A stretch of DNA of 61,318 nucleotides, counting the filler, from Sphacelaria rigidula (lineage: Eukaryota), in NCBI GenBank assembly GCA_964200075.2. It is 7 parts of 7 records of this genome, joined end to end, with 100 filler letters (N's around TTAATTAATTAA, not from the genome) between each part and the next. Parts side by side here need not be neighbours in the genome. Positions count along the whole stretch, not along the records: positions 1 to 8,675 come from CAXNAA020010420.1; positions 8,776 to 17,450 come from CAXNAA020010421.1; 5 more parts are not named here. One strand, given 5' to 3'. The notes beneath the pieces are model-generated. The model was not told where the DNA came from. It was given only the letters and a program-made list of their open reading frames with translations, and ran no database searches. Shown one piece after another: positions 1 through 12,680 of the stretch. Positions within the stretch are counted from its first letter, which is position 1. Each line of letters opens with the position of its first letter. A program made the translations under genes and the position numbers.

Positions 1-50
1 TCGTCTTTTGTGGGTGGGTGGGGCGTTGGTGGGGTGGTGGGTTTTGTGGT

Positions 51-139
51 GGGGGGGGGGGGGGGGGGGCGGCGTACTCATCTGTTGCTTGTCTTAGTCG
101 TGTGACCATTGACCACGCATCCCTTTCGAGACGGAGCTC
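51..139 (-). mobile_element. LINE-like 3' end family A with C-run tail
   Basis: Minus strand reads GCTCCGTCTCGAAAGGGATGCGTGGTCAATGGTC...ATGAGTACGCCG-C19. Also G-rich at the 5' junction. Confidence 0.7.
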
Positions 140-2637
140 GGGTGGGGGTGGGGGGAAGGAGATTGTTGAATGGCTGTTGATCGTGGCAGAGTGCTTGATT
201 GTTTGATTTAACCAGCTAACAATTATACTTCGATTGTTTCGAGCTGCTTATTGTACATGTGTTCCCGCACACAGCTTGGAAGGTGGTGCTGTTGTGCTGT
301 TGTAGTTGTGATGATTTTTCCTGCGTTTGGGTATTTCGAAAAAATCATATTCCAGGTACCCAAAACTCAGCAACACAGATATTGGGCAGAGTATCGCGAT
401 CGTACCCAACTCTACCCCATACAGATATTGGCCGATGCAGACGCTGGGTAGAGTTTGTAGAACGGATCATCGCAACACAAACTGCGGGACAGTGAATACC
501 CGGGTATTTACCCTATCCAACACACTCTTGGAATTTCCTTTGCTACTCATGGTACCGCCGCTAACCACCGAAATATTACCGCTGTGTTCGCGCTTGGCGT
601 CTCTGCCAAAGGTGGTACCACCAAATAAACGGGGAAATATTCACCACGGTAAATGTACCGTCGTATGGCATTATGATCTCGTCTACAACCATGAAATAAA
701 GCGTCAAAAGAATTATCCTGCTATCATTTATTTGCCCCTGATGCTCTCAGCATCTACTAACTCTCCAACTCTGCCAAGCATCTGCGGGGCACACACTGCT
801 CTGGAGCCCGGCCGGAGTCAATACTGCCCAACGTTTCCAGGAAGTAAGATTTTGTCACACTGTCCTAGAAGTTAGCCTCGGGCGATTCTTGCCGCCCCTA
901 GGTTGTCGGAAAAGTTGAGACATGTCGTAGATATCCGGTTTTGTATGATCTTGTCTCGAAGTATGGAAAACTGGATTCCCGATCATAATCGCCCTAGTTC
1001 AATCCTTCCGCATCTTGTTTGTACTGTTTCGAAGATACTGAGGATGTGAATCGGCGTCATGTACACGGAGAGTTATCATCCCCTAGCGAGGAAGAGTTTG
1101 ATGGGGTTTTTGTCCAACCGGAATGTGGGAATCGTTCTGGGCCTCCGTGTACAGTGTCCCTACATGATAGGTGAGTGTCCCGCAGTCGACGATGCGTGTG
1201 TGTTGGGGCGTGTGGGGACAGTCTGAAATCTTATATGGTTAGTATAGAACACGGTTTTACTTTATCTTCGTTTTCAATCCCTGGCGTGGCGTGATGTGCG
1301 CAAGTACAGCAGCAACAGTTTTGTCCGCGTACACATATATATATATATATATGTATATATCGGCAGTAGTACATGCGGTTGCGTGTTTCAGTGCAATATT
1401 TTGCCCTCGCAGAGCATGCGGATGGATCACGGGATGAGCAGGAGGAGAGAGAGGGAATGCCTCAAAAGCGCATGCCTAGAACCAACCCCTCACGTCGCAG
1501 AGGTGCTGTGTGATGTGCAGTAGTTTGGTGGGCGTGCATAGCGGCAGCTTTCCTCGTGTAGTGGTATTTCTTCTCTGCCTTAGAGTTTCTTTCTGGTGCT
1601 CTTCGCTGCTCTAAATCTCCCTCGCCCATCGGGGTTCCTTTGTCGGCCCTCTCTGCCATTTAAGGCACTACTTTCTGTGGCAGGCGAATGTTTCCGGCGT
1701 CTTTTTTATAGGGTTCAGCATCAGCACGCGGGGTCTAATTATTTTCCCCTACATATTTTGCCATTAAATATTTTCCCCCATAAACGTTTGGGCCATGGCC
1801 TTTTCGGCGAAGGTGTCTTGTTTGTTGCTAGTTTTTTCTGTATAAATACCGAGTAGCTCCCTCCCTTCGGTATAGTGGTGGCGAAAATATAAAATATCTC
1901 CCACCATTTTTTGTTCCCCAGCGCACAGAGTGACCGTAATAAAAATATAAAATTACATCTCCTGCCCGACTGCACGACAAATAAACGTACAGTATAATCC
2001 TTGTCGTTTGGCGCAGATGCCATTGATGAAGATGACGGACCTTGTCTGCGGGTTCTAGTGTGTCCTAGGCTAATTTCTTGGCGTCGTAACTTCTTACAGA
2101 ATCGAAAAGGACTCGTAGATGCTCCATACTATCCATATTTTTACATTGGAGCGTAGCTCCCATTAACAGCTTTCAAAAACAGTAGAATTGCCGCCTTCCG
2201 AGAACTTGTAGCGCCATCTGTAAGAACAAACGGTAAACGATCAGGCGTTTGAACACATCGTCGCAATATGGTGCACGTTAGGGGAGGAGCTCTAATCATA
2301 CCATTCGAACATGCCATCAATATCCCTCGTCACTGTGCCTCCGTTGCATGCACGTGCCCTCAGATGATGGGTCGGCCGGCGACAAGACTGACGAAGAGAC
2401 CGGCGATGGCGACAAACAGAACGCGGAGGACATCGTCCACGAAGCAAACTCCGGCGACGAAGTGAACTTAGAGAACGACGAGTACGCCGGCAAGTGAGGC
2501 GGCCAGTAGGGGGGTCCGCTTGACAAAAGACGCGCCCAGCCAAGTTTGCGGGGTGGACGCAAACGGTGGCCTTGTCGCAAAATACCTTTTTTTGTGTTTT
2601 TGTGACGGCCCTTCCGACGTGGGCATTTATATTGTGG

Positions 2638-3106
2638 AGCCGCTCCTTCTAACAGACAATATATAAATCTGAAAAAGTGCCTTTTTGGAGCTTTTTGGTC
2701 GTTTTACACCCCAAAAGAGAGCTAGGCGGGGTCTGACACCTTGAAATGACTTGCTCTATTCGTTGGGGCGGTTCCAGGACATCTTGCCGGTTTGCGGTGG
2801 CTGCAGGTTTTATTTTGGCCAAACAAGAATTTCTGTCCAATAACGGTAAAAAATGGTCAAATCTCGAAAGAATCGCCAATATTCTCTGGACTTGACCGTT
2901 CTTGGACAAAAAATCTCTTTTGGCCAGAACAACAACTGCGGCCACCGGAAAACGGGGAGATATCTTGGAACCGCCTTAATAAGTAGAGCGAGTCATTCCT
3001 AGGTCTCAAACTCCACCTAGCTCTCTTCTAGAGAGTAAATAGACGTGGAAGCTCCAAGAAGGCATTTTTCCATAACTTTTATTCTTTCCTGTTACGGGGA
3101 GCGGCC
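2638..3106. mobile_element. Fold-back MITE family H1 (PIF/Harbinger-like), 469 bp
   Basis: Near-palindromic over its whole length. Termini AGCCGCTCC..GGAGCGGCC flanked by the 3-bp duplication TGG/TGG. Confidence 0.8.
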
Positions 3107-3609
3107 TGGGGCGGAAGGTTGCATGGAGATGGGAACAGAACACAAACGAGGGGGAGAGGGGGGAGGGGGGGCAAGACTGGCATACGCTTTTCTTTTCACT
3201 CTCGGTATGACGGAAGTCAGTGTCGGGACTTTTAATGCCACACGGACTTTGATGCGCGCGTACCGACATGAGCGCCTGGAGACTTGAGCTCATTTCGATG
3301 GTCGGGATAGGAGCAATGCATATATTCGAATGAGTCATTCCATGAGTGGCGCTGGTCTTCTGGGTGTATCCCTTGTTTGCCAACGTTGCACGGCAGCAGC
3401 TGTCTTGTTTAAGGTGTTGTCTTCGTCAGCGGGTTGTGTTTTTCTTCTTGTGTTGCTCAGGTTCAAAATGATTCTTGTCTCTCTGCGAGGACAGCGAATC
3501 GTCGAATTGTGGGTGGATGGTGCCGCATTCCATCTTGTGGAGGCGGGCTCTCGAGCCCACGGGCTCGTGCACAAGTATTTAGCCCGTGGACAACAGTGTG
3601 ATGACGTGC

Positions 3610-3905
3610 TCGTGAGATTGAGAGATCGTTGATCGAAAGTGGATTTTATCATTCGCTTTAGCTTCACCAATGTTTCATTTGGTGTGCGCTTTTCTTTGCT
3701 TGTAGCACTGGGGTGTGCTTCTAGCTAGACGTCGGTATCTCACTCAGAGGTATCAAGGGCTTCGGTGGCAAGCTACTACAGAAAGCGTATCGGGCCTCGT
3801 GAAGGGACATTTCGGAACTGGAACGAATCATTCGTTCATTGACCGCTTCTCACCATCAATCGTATCCTCCACTCTCAACCTCACAAAAAATGACATTGAT
3901 ATGTC
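3610..3905 (-). repeat. Dispersed repeat; second copy at 57965-58250 (+)
   Basis: Shared CGAGGCCCGATACGCTTTC and GAAAAGCGCA.AC.AAATG...CTCGATCAACG blocks. Confidence 0.65.
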
Positions 3906-4144
3906 CCTTCTATTGTTTCAGGGGGTCAAATAACCGCGCAGAGGATCTAATATCATGCTATTGGCCTCTGTGGGGCGCTCTCAACTTCTGTAGAGGGCTT
4001 GTTTATGCCCCCTGCCTCCTACGGAATGTAGGGGGTCGACATCCCGTTAGAGTCTTGGCTCCCCTTTCGCCTCTAGAGTATTGTCCACCCCTCTCCCTTG
4101 TAGAGGGATGTTTGTTTTGTATCTCTGGAGCGTACTGGAGGTGA

Positions 4145-4672
4145 TTCCTTCCCTCCAGAGGATAGCGAAACTTACCCAAGTGGAGGTTCGCTTTTTTTGC
4201 TCCGTCCCTCCAGAGTGACTCTGTGGATACCCTCTGGAGGGAGCAGAGGTGATGTCCTCCCTCCAGAGGGGAGCGAAACCTACCATTCTGGAGGCTCGCC
4301 GTCCCTTCAGAGTGACTCTGTGGACACCCTCTGGAGGGAGCAGGGGTGATGTCCTCCCTCCAGAGGGCAGCAAAACCTACCACTCTGGAGGCTCGCCGTC
4401 TCTTCAGAGGGCACCCACGGAATCCCTCTGGAGGGAAGAGGGGTAATGTCCTCCCTGCAGAGGGCAGCAAAACCTACCATTCTGGAGGCTCGCCGTCCCT
4501 CCGGATGGACTCCGTGGATGCCCTCTCTGGAGGGAACAGGTGTGATGTCCTCCCTCCAGAGGCAGCAAAAAAGGAGGCTCGCCGTCCCTCCAGAGGGACT
4601 CCGTGGATGCCCTCTGGAGGAACAGGGGAGTCGTCCTTCCTCCAGAGGGCAAAAAAAACTGATATTCTAGAG
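4145..4672. repeat. 97-bp minisatellite, ~5.5 degenerate units, with internal inverted 12-mers
   Basis: Unit starts recur at 4261, 4358 and 4455. Each unit holds CCCTCCAGAGGG-like motifs and the reverse complement CCCTCTGGAGGG. Confidence 0.9.
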
Positions 4673-6196
4673 GGACGGAGGGGTGAGCCAAATACACAGC
4701 GCGCAATAGTCTTGCTGATTACAAGTGTGGCTTCCCGTGCACGGTGTGCCGCAGGGATTATGTAATCGCATCTCGAAAGCGAGCATGCGCCAGGTCATGC
4801 GCGTGTTTTCAGAACTCACCTCCAAATGCTCGCCCGTGACAGCTGCTGCATGATAGCCTTAGGCGCCTTCAAACGGGACGAAGCGGTTTTCTGTCATTAT
4901 TTATTATAGTCTCCTTAAATTGTCATTTACCAGCGCCGACACCGAGTGCACACTCGTCTGTACGACATGGGTGGCCGGTCTGAAGCCCGAGCCTGCTCCC
5001 CTATGAATTAAATGGGACATATTTCGCTACTTCAGCCCTGCTCGACCAGTGACGTGTCAATAGTTGCGGTCGGAGTAGTGTTTGGCTATTCGCATGCCCT
5101 CCTAGCCATTTTTATTTGCAAAACACGTCACAGGCTGCAGCTTTGAGCCTCCAACCACAACATGCAGCATGATTCACAACTGTTCAATTGCTGTACCAAT
5201 GTGATGTTGAAAGCACTTCACGGTTGTATCGAACTGTGCCCGGAGGGCATGCGGCAAGCATTGACCTGGGGGGGGCACAGATCGCAAGAGTGTAGAGAGA
5301 TGCAAACAATAAAGCGGCGTAAGGCACGGTCGTTGAGAAACGGTGGGTGCGCTGTGCGCTGAACCCCATAAGGGCGAGGTAAATAGGGGAACGAAGAGAT
5401 GATGGTACGCTTCAACATCCACGAGATTGGAAATTGGAAGCGATGGATCGCGATGCTGTGTCATATTGATTGCCCGTGACTTCTTCGCCAGCAAGAACAA
5501 CTGCACGTCAGGAGCTTGCCGTAATGCATCACATAGAGTACACCATATGTGAAGTCCATGGGGTAGTCAGTACAGCACACTTCTCCTTACTACGGGGTCA
5601 GCCTCGCTATGCCCCTCGCCGGTCGTGGTTTCTGCAAGCAGCGCTTCTCGCGTAGGGCAATTTCGCAAGAAGCGGTATAATAATAGCAACGTGAACACGA
5701 TCATGTAATTGGTTCAAAATCCCTCCGCCACAAGGAACACTTTCTAAACCAAAGCCACCGACATTCTCAATATCTAGCGGATATCCAGTGGTGATATATG
5801 CATCACTAACGTGGTGGTCATGACAATAACTCTCGTTGGTTCTTCTCGTGAGCTCAAATACAAGCGGTTTCTACCGCCGATTGATCTGTTGGATCTCCTC
5901 ACCACCGATGACGGGAACGGATTCACTGCCACTGCCGTCACCCACGACACGCGGGCTAGGCGACAGCCCAGCGAACAACCAAGCCGCGGCCGAGAAACGC
6001 ACCCAATCCACCTCAAGGCAAGGCATACGTAAACAACGTGTCTTATTCTATCAGGCTTAATGTAAGTTCGCTGGTTGCTCGTAGAATGGCGGTCAAGCCT
6101 AATAAAAAACGGGCGATGCGCAAGATTGCGTGCCTACATGCTGTTGTGTAGGTATCTGAAAATTTCGCGATAAAAAAATAAAGACACCGCAGAAAC

Positions 6197-7430
6197 TAGG
6201 TTTTTACTTATTGTGCTAGCATAATTTCTGGCATAATTCCACCTTGGTAGCATAATCGAGCATAATTTCCATGTTGGGCGCATAATCGAGCATAAATTTT
6301 CACCATAGGGGTGGGAATACTGGTCTACATGCTGGCCTGCTGTGATATTTTCGGCGAAAACTTTGCTATCATCGACCGCGGGTCTGGGATACGGGTATGA
6401 TCTGGAACTAGACGTTCAAACTGGCACTGTGATCGATCGCAGGTCTGAAAAACGTTGTAGTATCGTTGTGAAGAAGCGAGGCAAAGGGTATCAGCGTATT
6501 GCTTGGCATGTATTCGAGGAACGTTGATGAAGGGCATCTCGGAACCGTTTGGATGTAGGATGTCGGGGATAGGTGGGAAGCCCACGTTTATATGTTTTTT
6601 TTTACCTTGGCTTCCCATTTGTTTTTTTTGTGTGTTCAGGCAAGGTTCAGGTTCTATACTTTCTCCGGCTTATTTATTCCTCTCGTCTACTCCAGTATTT
6701 TTACCAATTTTTACCCCTCTGTCTTTCCTTTTTTGCACCTTGTTCCCTGGGCTGTACCCATCTTACGACCTCGGCTAGATTAGAAGCGGATCGGTTCATG
6801 CGAGATAATCAATCCAACAATCATTCACGAATTAAATGTCAGTTTTTCGTTTGTTGTTGTCCTTGGACAAGAGTTCCTCGACATGGGACAGGCGACGAGT
6901 GAACACATCATCATGTGATTTCGTGACAGTCATTTTGAGTGTGATGACGAGATGCATCTGCATCGACCTTCGCAGGATGCGTACAACATACACTGATTGT
7001 GCCAGGTCGTGATGGATATTCGAATCGGCAGGTTGCCTGCCATATGTCTTGTCTGCAGGGCAGCAGTGGGGGGGCGGCATATAGCACAAGATGCAGTACA
7101 TGTAGTGCGCAATGATATACAATGATGCACCGTGTACGACAACAGGAAAATACGGCATCCAAGCGTCCTAATGCAGGCAGGTAGTATTTCGTATGTACAT
7201 AACAACATGCAAATAGTGATCGGTGGGTCTGTACCCGGTCGAAAATGGCATCCTTGCCGCATATTACGAGCATAATCGAGCATAAATCCCACGTTGCGAG
7301 CATGGATCGGGCATAATTTTTTTCGAAATGCGAGCATAAATCGACCATAAATTCCACTTTACGAGCATATTTTCTGGTGATATTACTAGCATAAAAAAGT
7401 GACCTTACTAGCATAATAAGTAAAAGCCTA
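6197..7430. mobile_element. Non-autonomous hAT-like element
   Basis: TIRs TAGGTTTTTACTTATTGTGCTAG / CTAGCATAATAAGTAAAAGCCTA; arrays of GCATAA subterminal repeats at both ends; 8-bp flanks GCAGAAAC/CCACAAAC match at 6 of 8 positions. Confidence 0.7.
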
Positions 7431-7452
7431 CCACAAACTACAGTAGTAGTAA

Positions 7453-8401
7453 GGCAAAAAAAAATGGAAAAGTGCACTTTTGGAGCTTTTACGTCGTTTT
7501 ACGCGCCAAAAGAGAGCTTGACGGAGTCTGACACCTTGAAATGACTTGCTCTACTAAGGCCGGGTGTTATGGCGCACAGATTTTCGGCCCACGGATTGTT
7601 CACTTTTGGGACTTTTGACTCACCTTTTGATCCCCAAACAGGGAAAACCGCCAACACACGTTTCGGACACTGTGCTGTGCATCACCCCACAGAGAGGAGC
7701 CTAGTCTGCTTTCCAGATTCCCTTGGCTCCGAGGTTTCGAGATTGGCCGCTAGCGAAAATTCATGTGCAAAAATCTGTGCTTACCGACCCCCGCCAGTTT
7801 GCACAATAATATGCGGAGATCGCCGTAGATTTTATTGCACACACGCATTATTGTTCAGCGGCCGCTCTCGGAACCTTGGAGCCAAGCGAATCTGAAACGT
7901 GGGCTAGGCTCCTCTCTGTGGGGTGATGCAAAGTGTCCAAGACGTGTGTTGGCGATTTTCCCTGTCTGAGGGTCAAAAAGTGACTCAAATATCCCAAAAG
8001 TGAACAATCTGTGGGCCAAAAATCTGTGTGCTATAATATCCGACCTAGTTGAGGCGGTTGCAGGACATCTACCCGTTTGCCGGTGGCCGCAGTTTTCATA
8101 TTGGCCTAACAGTAAATTTCGTCCAAGAACAGTAAAAAACAGTCAAATCTAGAAATAAATGCCACTTTTCTCTGGACTTGACTGTTTTTTACCGTTCTTG
8201 GACAAAAATTCTTGTTTGGCCAGAAGAAAAAGTGTGGCCACCGGAAAACGGGAAGCTGTCCTGGAACCGCCTCAACTAGTGGAGCAAGTCATTCCAAGGT
8301 GTCAAACTCCGCCTGGCTTTCTTTTGGGGCGTAAAACGACGTAAAAGCTACAAAAAGGCACTTTTCCAGATTTTTATTTTTGTCTGGTAGAAGGAGCGGC
8401 C
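7453..8401. mobile_element. H1 MITE copy interrupted by a nested MITE
   Basis: Arms are homologous to 2638-3106; the left arm is split at 7557/8046. The left terminus is degraded, so the start coordinate is approximate. Confidence 0.75.
7558..8045. mobile_element. Nested fold-back MITE H2 (Harbinger/Tourist-like), 488 bp
   Basis: Long TIRs GGCCGGGTGTTATGGCGCACAGATTTT / AAAATCTGTGTGCTATAATATCCGACC, flanked by TAA/TAG. The empty site ACTAGTTG is visible in the opposite host arm. Confidence 0.8.
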
Positions 8402-8422
8402 TACACGAAGAAAAACGAAAAA

Positions 8423-8528
8423 GCTTCTGTGTTGGCCTTCTTCCTGCGTGACCCCGGCTGGTGCGCCCACATACACCGAAAGGTGTAGACCTGCGCCCAG
8501 AATAAATGCGACGACAACACACATACAT
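8423..8528 (+). mobile_element. 5'-truncated SINE 3' end
   Basis: GTGACCCCGGCTGGTG...CCGAAAGGTGTAGAC...GACGACAACACAC is the reverse complement of 14165-14265. Confidence 0.7.
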
Positions 8529-8675
8529 AGTACAGGCTGGCTCTGACTGGATCAAGGTGAACGATCAAAATTTACTCTCCAGCGATTTCTCACGCGGGTT
8601 TTTCGAGTTAGGCCAAGGTTAGGCCCTGAACTTTTACATACGTATGCTCTGGGATATTTCGAAACTCTACATAGA

Positions 8676-8775
8676 NNNNNNNNNNNNNNNNNNNNNNNNN
8701 NNNNNNNNNNNNNNNNNNNTTAATTAATTAANNNNNNNNNNNNNNNNNNNNNNNNNNNNNNNNNNNNNNNNNNNN
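8676..8775. other. Artificial contig linker (N44-TTAATTAATTAA-N44); identical linkers at 17451-17550, 26225-26324, 34999-35098, 43773-43872, 52546-52645
   Basis: Identical 100-nt spacer carrying stop codons in all six frames. Contig lengths decrease monotonically from 8675 to 8673 bp, consistent with a size-sorted concatenation. Confidence 0.98.
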
Positions 8776-8920
8776 CTATTTTTTTTTCTCATGTTTTTTT
8801 CCCCCCCAACCCTTCTTCTTTTTGGGGGGGGGGGGGGGGGTTATCGTAGAAAGTGTCCTCAGTTCACTCCATTTGTTCCATTTTTTTTCGTTTTTCCCCC
8901 TCATTTTTTTTTTTGTATTA

Positions 8921-10549
8921 CAGGCTGGTTCACCCTCATCACCCGCAAACACTCATCGGCAAAACCACACACCGTTTGAAGGGGTTAGACCCTGAAATTT
9001 TGCACAGATTTTCTCTGGAGAATCACGCAACTCTTGGAGGTCGATTTTTTTTTTCTTCACTTCTTGAGATTTACACCGTTTTTGGGGGATACCAGTTTTT
9101 CGGGGAAACATCAATCCAATCGGACCCCCGTAGAACGGTAAAAAAAAACGTCCATCCAAAGTTGCGTAATGACCCATAGCACAGTGGTGCCAAATTTCAG
9201 CATCTAACTCCTTCAAACGGCGTGAGGTTTTTCGCCCTTGTGCGATGAACTTTGCCGTGCCGCGGTGAAACCGCAAACTTCTTGATAATAGTACGAAAAC
9301 GGCATTTTTGGGCCTTCTTCGACGTGAACATGAAAATTCAAGCATCAGCTGATCTAGGTTCGCGACCAAATTTTGTGGGGGCCCTTCCTTGAGACAGGCG
9401 GCGACAAAGCGTTCGCGAAAACAATGAGAAAAATGTCGCAGCGCCGGCTTTCCGAGGTCCCAGAATGGAGACTACTTTGAAAAAACGACGTGGATCCCGT
9501 CGGACCCCCGAAGAACGGTAAAAAAACTCAAGAAGTAAAAACCCTCGTCCATGAGAAATTGCGTAGTGACACATAGCATTGTTTTGAAAAGTTTCAGGGT
9601 CTTACTCCTACACACGGCGTGAGGTTTTGCGCGTTTGTGGAGGACGTGGGCTTGAAACGTGCAACTCCTAACTACTTGCTTCTAGTATGGAAACGTCTTT
9701 TGGGGTGAATTTTACGTCAAGGCTTTCGAGTTTATTCGCCAAACTTTGTACGTGCGCTCCTTCGACTATCCCAGGACGCATCGCTTTATTATTCTTATTC
9801 TGGGGCATTCTGTACCGCCTTCCGGGGGTCTTGATACCGGGGGTCGGTACCTCATTGAGAACGGACAAAATTTGGAATGTTGCACACCCTGGACAACATA
9901 TGGTCAATAAGTTCAATAGACGAGAAGTGTACTGCATAAAGTATGGGCCTATTGCAACTATTGCCGACCGACAATAGCCGCAATAGGCCTATACTTTACG
10001 CAGTACGTTTCTTGTCTATTGCAACTGTTGACAATATATTGCCCAAGGTGTGGAATATTGTCAAGAGTAGAATTATTCCATTTGAAGCATCAATACCTAT
10101 GGAATTGCCGATTTTGAGGGTGACCTGAGCTTTTCTAGAACAGATATACGGGACACCGTCACGGGGTTATCTGGGTCTATCGTGCGTATCATAAATGGAA
10201 TTAAGACGACGCCAACACCCGACCCTCGTAATGATTTTCAAATACTCTTTGTTCGTCAGATCCTCGAGCCGATGGCGGTTCCTACGATTTGAAGCGTGTG
10301 GAGATTGGGTGAAATTTGGGCTCGGATTTCGTAATTTCGATCTCGTAACAATTTGACGGGATCTGATTGGTCGATATACCTTTTTGCCCTCGGCGCCACC
10401 ACTATGGCCTTACACAAAAATCCGGCTATGTCACGCTCTTCAGCTGTCCATGGCGGTCAGTATGATATCATGTATGCGACTATTGGGTACGTATTGCGAA
10501 AGACATTCGCTGATGACACAATTTTGGATGATGAGGGTGAACCAGTCTG
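8921..10549. mobile_element. Non-autonomous Tc1/mariner-like element
   Basis: TA|CAGGCTGGTTCACCCTCATCA ... TGATGAGGGTGAACCAGTCTG|TA. Internal direct and inverted ~100-bp repeats at 8960-9640. Confidence 0.75.
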
Positions 10550-12680
10550 TATCCCCTTGTGGATTTTTCTTCATCAAGTGAAGAACGTTGACACTGTTGA
10601 TTACCACGGATTATTTCTTCCACCTTGTGGAATATAACCACCACCGGGTTATGACTAGGGGATAATTTAATATGCGACAATCAATCAATTAATCATCATG
10701 TTCAATGAACATTTCACACATATACGCGTCGACTCCTCGCACGTCGGCTTCCCGCACAAGCTCTACTGCAACTTCAGTTTCCCTGCACCTAACGAGATTT
10801 GACACTTGGAAAATGACCCTCGGGCGTTTCACTACCTCCGTATATCTTCCACACCCTAGACAATGCATTACATTGTCAAAAAATGTACTGCGTACAGTAT
10901 CGAATGTTGCGTCTAAATTTGCACTAGACATTATATCCTATACTGTACGCAGTACATTTTTTCTTCGATGCGATCTATTGTCCAGGGTGCGATGTCGTCC
11001 CTCAAAATCTGCATCGCTTGTACGCTGCTACTGAACAATGTAATAGAAAACTGTTGTTCGCTCCTTCTGCTCATCCATCAATGAAAGCACGCGCATGTAT
11101 GATGCACAAACACCCCGACTGAAGCATGACTTTACCATTCCCTCTCCCACAGGTCTGATTTGGACCATGACTCTGGTTTCGTATCACTACTCTCGTATCT
11201 GAGATCATGTCGGGACGGAACGGAACGAGCGATCTCGTTCCGTTGCGTTCCGTTGCGTTCCGTTGCGTTCCGTCCCAGCGGATAATCCATGAGGTTTCAG
11301 TTCTGTGACAAACTTCGAATTCTGGTTGACAATGACATCTGTGTTGCACGCCCCGTGAATAATGACGATGCTACTGTGCGAACGAATCAATGTACGCCGG
11401 TCCACATGTTAGAACCATGGCTGCACCTCATTGTTTTCGGGAGATACTGCGTTCTCCAGCTCTTGGAAGGCTAAAAACACGCGAACGAGCATTCTCCCCA
11501 GCATCAACAGCGAGGCAGGACATCGATCTGCGACCTCTGGTGAAGGTCTTATCGAAAATATCACCTCGTCAGTCGTAGGCGTTCTGTCGTGAACGTTTTC
11601 ATTGGTTCTTCCATGTTTTTCCTTCTTCTCTTTTTTTTTCGGAAATAAAAAGAAGCAACGGTTACGTGGCACTCCATTGAAAAGAGAAAGCGATGCAGCC
11701 AAGCGCGCACGTACACAGCACAGTGCAACAGATGACACTGAACGCGGAGGAACAAACGCATGCAGCGGCAACACGTTCCCAAACACAGACGGTAGCCCTG
11801 CAGCATCTATCTCGACCAAACCGTGGAAATATTTTTGTTGTGTTTAAAGACTCCCTGAGATTGTACAACTGCCACCACCACAGGTGACGTGGCATGTACG
11901 AAATCCTTTCAAGCCGCAGCCTACACGAGCGCACCGCTGTGAGGGTATTCGCACCACACACATGACGCCCAAAAAGTCCAACCTGCGTGCTCAAGCATGG
12001 ATATAGAATGCTCAAACTTGCTTGCCATACTCCAAAAAAAAAAGAGATGGCATTTCTGCCTGATTCAACGCCCCAGAATCATAAAGGGCCCATTAAGGTA
12101 TGCAATTGCTATACTCCAAGTGTCCGCGGGAGTGTCATGGCGAATTCTCGGAAAACAAAGCGTCTGCGAAGCGTTGAAGTCGCCTGTGGCTAATTCTCGC
12201 ATGTGACTATCGTGCAGCTCGTTGTGGTACCCAACAGTCCAGTGAGATATGTATGACATGTTTACCCTACCCCGGGGCACGGATATACCCTTGTAGGAAA
12301 AATACCCGGTGGTCGGCAAGGGTCAGTGTACAACCTCCAGACCGTACCCGATAGGATCTGTAAGTTGTGAAACAAGACTCATACCCTGCCGAGCATACCC
12401 GTACCCTGCACTGTTGACAACGTCGGGATGACAATGTTGCGCAACTACACCAGTTGCCTGTAGACATCAACTGGAGAAAACGGTACAACTACGTGTCTTT
12501 GAGCAACTATTGCGCGAATAGTTCGAACAACTCTCAGATGTAAAACCCTAGCGACTACGAGGGCAGCAGCAGCTACCGTCAGAAAACTAATCCACTGGGC
12601 AACTGCCAACTGGATATTAGAATATCATCAGTCGAAGATACTAGTTATACAGGGTGTGAACAGATTTCACCCAAACCAAA

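Noticed and set aside
327..875. 182-aa ORF and most other short ORFs in the track
   Set aside because: No recognisable motif or splice context; many start at non-ATG codons and overlap repeats.
4145..4672. CRISPR-like array of palindromic repeats
   Set aside because: The intervening sequences are themselves repeated with a 97-bp period rather than being unique spacers; no cas genes; eukaryotic context.
8720..8731. Periodic TTAATTAATTAA motif as a biological signal
   Set aside because: Assembly linker embedded in Ns.
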